Positions 24,737 to 26,395 of a stretch of 26,395 nucleotides of DNA are shown in pieces. The notes beneath the pieces are model-generated. The model worked only from the letters and a program-made list of their open reading frames with translations, did not search any database and had not been told where the DNA came from. The stretch comes from a virus (taxonomy: Duplodnaviria; Caudoviricetes), in the IMG/VR virus record IMGVR_UViG_3300031519_000186, positions 1 through 26,395 of that record. One strand, 5' to 3'. Positions within the stretch are counted from its first letter, which is position 1. Each line of letters opens with the position of its first letter. Both the position numbers and the translations under genes were made by a program.

Positions 24737-25132
24737 TTAAAACGGTATAGCATCATCGCTGATGTCAAGATGCGCAGTGCTAACTTGTTGCGCTTGCTGC
24801 TGACCGCCATGCTTCTGACTGATCTGCATAGAAAGATAGTTGTTGTCATCTTTCTGTTTCTTCCAGCCAGCTATCTGCATCTGTGTCTGAGCTGCGTAGT
24901 CTTCCATTGGCCCAGAATAATCTGGTGCATTGTCGTTGCCACGCTTGTCGTTCTCAAACAACACGCCAACCTTTTGATAAACCTCAATGATCTTCATGCC
25001 ACTCTTGGTTGTATCTGCTACGAGTACGACCTTACGATCGTTACCCTCTAGGTTTATCTTGCCCTGCAATATCATCTTCATGGTATCGAAAGGTTTAAAT
25101 GCTGCGCCTGTATTCGTGTTATCATATGCCAT
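24737..25132 (-). CDS. ssb: single-stranded DNA-binding protein (DUF736-like OB fold)
   Basis: GVLFEND....APDYSG, IAGWKK, YLSM, a Gln-rich linker and an acidic C-terminal DDAIPF; GGAG RBS. Confidence 0.75.
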   Translation of the reverse strand: MAYDNTNTGAAFKPFDTMKMILQGKINLEGNDRKVVLVADTTKSGMKIIEVYQKVGVLFENDKRGNDNAPDYSGPMEDYAAQTQMQIAGWKKQKDDNNYLSMQISQKHGGQQQAQQVSTAHLDISDDAIPF

Positions 25133-25152
25133 GCTTCTGGCTCCTTTGTTTA

Positions 25153-25605
25153 TTACCAGCTACCGCCAGTAGGTTTCTTGCCGCTATCTGCAGCGTACTT
25201 GTTGCCATCCATCTCACCAAGGAACACGTCAGCGTTACATCCGAGATGTGATAAGGCTTTGGTTAGGCCATCAGTGACAGCCATCTTAGGTGCATCCTCG
25301 GCTAGTCTGCCTTTGGTTGCATCGAAGAACTTACGACATCCTGTGAAGGGGCCGAACATATTCATTTGCTCGCCATGCCATACAGATATATGTGCTAGTA
25401 TACTGGCATCGCCATTACTTAACTGCACTATTTCTGTATGTGACTGCCAGCCCCACCCTATACCAACAGGGCCGAACTGCTCGGTCATCATGCGCACTTG
25501 GTATTGTGGATCAATAGCTGTGAAGCTACGTGATCCGAAGCTAACCTTCTTCAGATACTTGGGGTCTGACTTGGCTAGCTTGTTCCATATATTTAGATTG
25601 TCCAT
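25153..25605 (-). CDS. Rad52/Sak-like single-strand annealing protein
   Basis: TAIDPQY...MTEQFGP.G.GW and EDAPKMAVTDGLTKALSHLG...DVF; lies between exonuclease and SSB. Confidence 0.75.
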   Translation of the reverse strand: MDNLNIWNKLAKSDPKYLKKVSFGSRSFTAIDPQYQVRMMTEQFGPVGIGWGWQSHTEIVQLSNGDASILAHISVWHGEQMNMFGPFTGCRKFFDATKGRLAEDAPKMAVTDGLTKALSHLGCNADVFLGEMDGNKYAADSGKKPTGGSW

Positions 25606-26384
25606 TACTTACTCCTCTTGCTGATGCGTAATGCGCCACGTTTATCACGGCGTATGGTTAATAATTCTGAGTATACCTCACGTTCATTGTCGGCAACTAT
25701 AGCTTTGAGATCTTTCTTAGCTGACTCGAATGACTTAGCTGCAGGTTCAAACTCTATGTATTCTTGTGCTAAGTATGTGAAGTGATTGTCTGCACTTGCG
25801 TCACGTTTAATCATATCGTCTATAGGTATCTGATTAATAGGTGATGCGATTGGTTGGTCGTGACCAATAGGTTCATCGCCACTCTCGACGTGCGCCCAGA
25901 AATCTGTGCAAGCATCAAGCACTACACTTATATATGAGTCATGCTTCTTAACGTATGCACATTCCCATCTGTTGTTGCCAAAGAATACTGACATGTATGC
26001 ACCATCCATATTGGATAGCCATAGATACAGCTGCACCTGTGCCATGTAGTAGTCGCACACCTTGTCTAATGTATTGTGTGCGAAGGTATGCTTGGCCTCA
26101 ACGATGTCGTTAGTATCTTCTAGCACACCATCAAGTGTACCTACATACGGCACGCCGTTATGTGTGCGTGTGTACTTGTCTTGCTTCTCTAATATTTTTT
26201 TGCTGTACTCTTTCTCAAACCAACCGAGGTTCATGTCCTCTGTTTGTATGCCCATCTGTACTGCTACCTTATGTGACAAATCCTCTGGCTCAATGATGCC
26301 ACGTTTGATTTGCCATAGCTCGTACCAGTTGCCGTTCATTATTTTGACAGCATCACTGCCACCTATAAAACCTTTGCGTTCCAT
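25605..26384 (-). CDS. YqaJ-like viral recombinase exonuclease (lambda Exo family)
   Basis: R..FIGGSDA, LW..K.G, G...E, GTLDG, VEAKHT and Y.AQVQ.Y; GGAG RBS at the window end. Confidence 0.9.
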   Translation of the reverse strand: MERKGFIGGSDAVKIMNGNWYELWQIKRGIIEPEDLSHKVAVQMGIQTEDMNLGWFEKEYSKKILEKQDKYTRTHNGVPYVGTLDGVLEDTNDIVEAKHTFAHNTLDKVCDYYMAQVQLYLWLSNMDGAYMSVFFGNNRWECAYVKKHDSYISVVLDACTDFWAHVESGDEPIGHDQPIASPINQIPIDDMIKRDASADNHFTYLAQEYIEFEPAAKSFESAKKDLKAIVADNEREVYSELLTIRRDKRGALRISKRSK

Positions 26385-26395
26385 TTTTATTCTCC

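Noticed and set aside
24704-25624. Plus-strand ORFs 24704..25051, 24987..25172 and 25178..25624
   Set aside because: They are antisense to the well-supported SSB and annealase genes.

Overview
This window is part of a tailed dsDNA phage genome with podovirus (T7/BPP-1-like) morphogenesis genes. A marine proteobacterial host is likely, but that is an inference. The + strand carries small basic ORFs, large terminase, portal, scaffold, a gp13/GNAT-like protein, major capsid, a putative cement protein, tail tubular A and B, and three internal/ejection proteins. These are followed by a small beta-rich protein with a PKD + BspA-type LRR protein, a cassette of Sec-exported proteins, and lysis genes (EF-hand membrane protein, 3TM holin, GH19 endolysin). 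A convergent - strand module encodes a YqaJ exonuclease, a Rad52-like annealase, an SSB and a small HTH-like protein. The most striking element is 19598-22879: five consecutive signal-peptide proteins with paired cysteines, including a pilin-like subunit, a single-domain PapD-like chaperone candidate and a beta-hairpin pore candidate. This looks like a phage-encoded, usher-less pilus-like envelope system. Other notable items are a hypervariable LRR array, a thrice-repeated TTGTGCRTTG promoter-like motif and a structured capsid leader RNA. All family assignments come from motif recognition by eye, not database searches.
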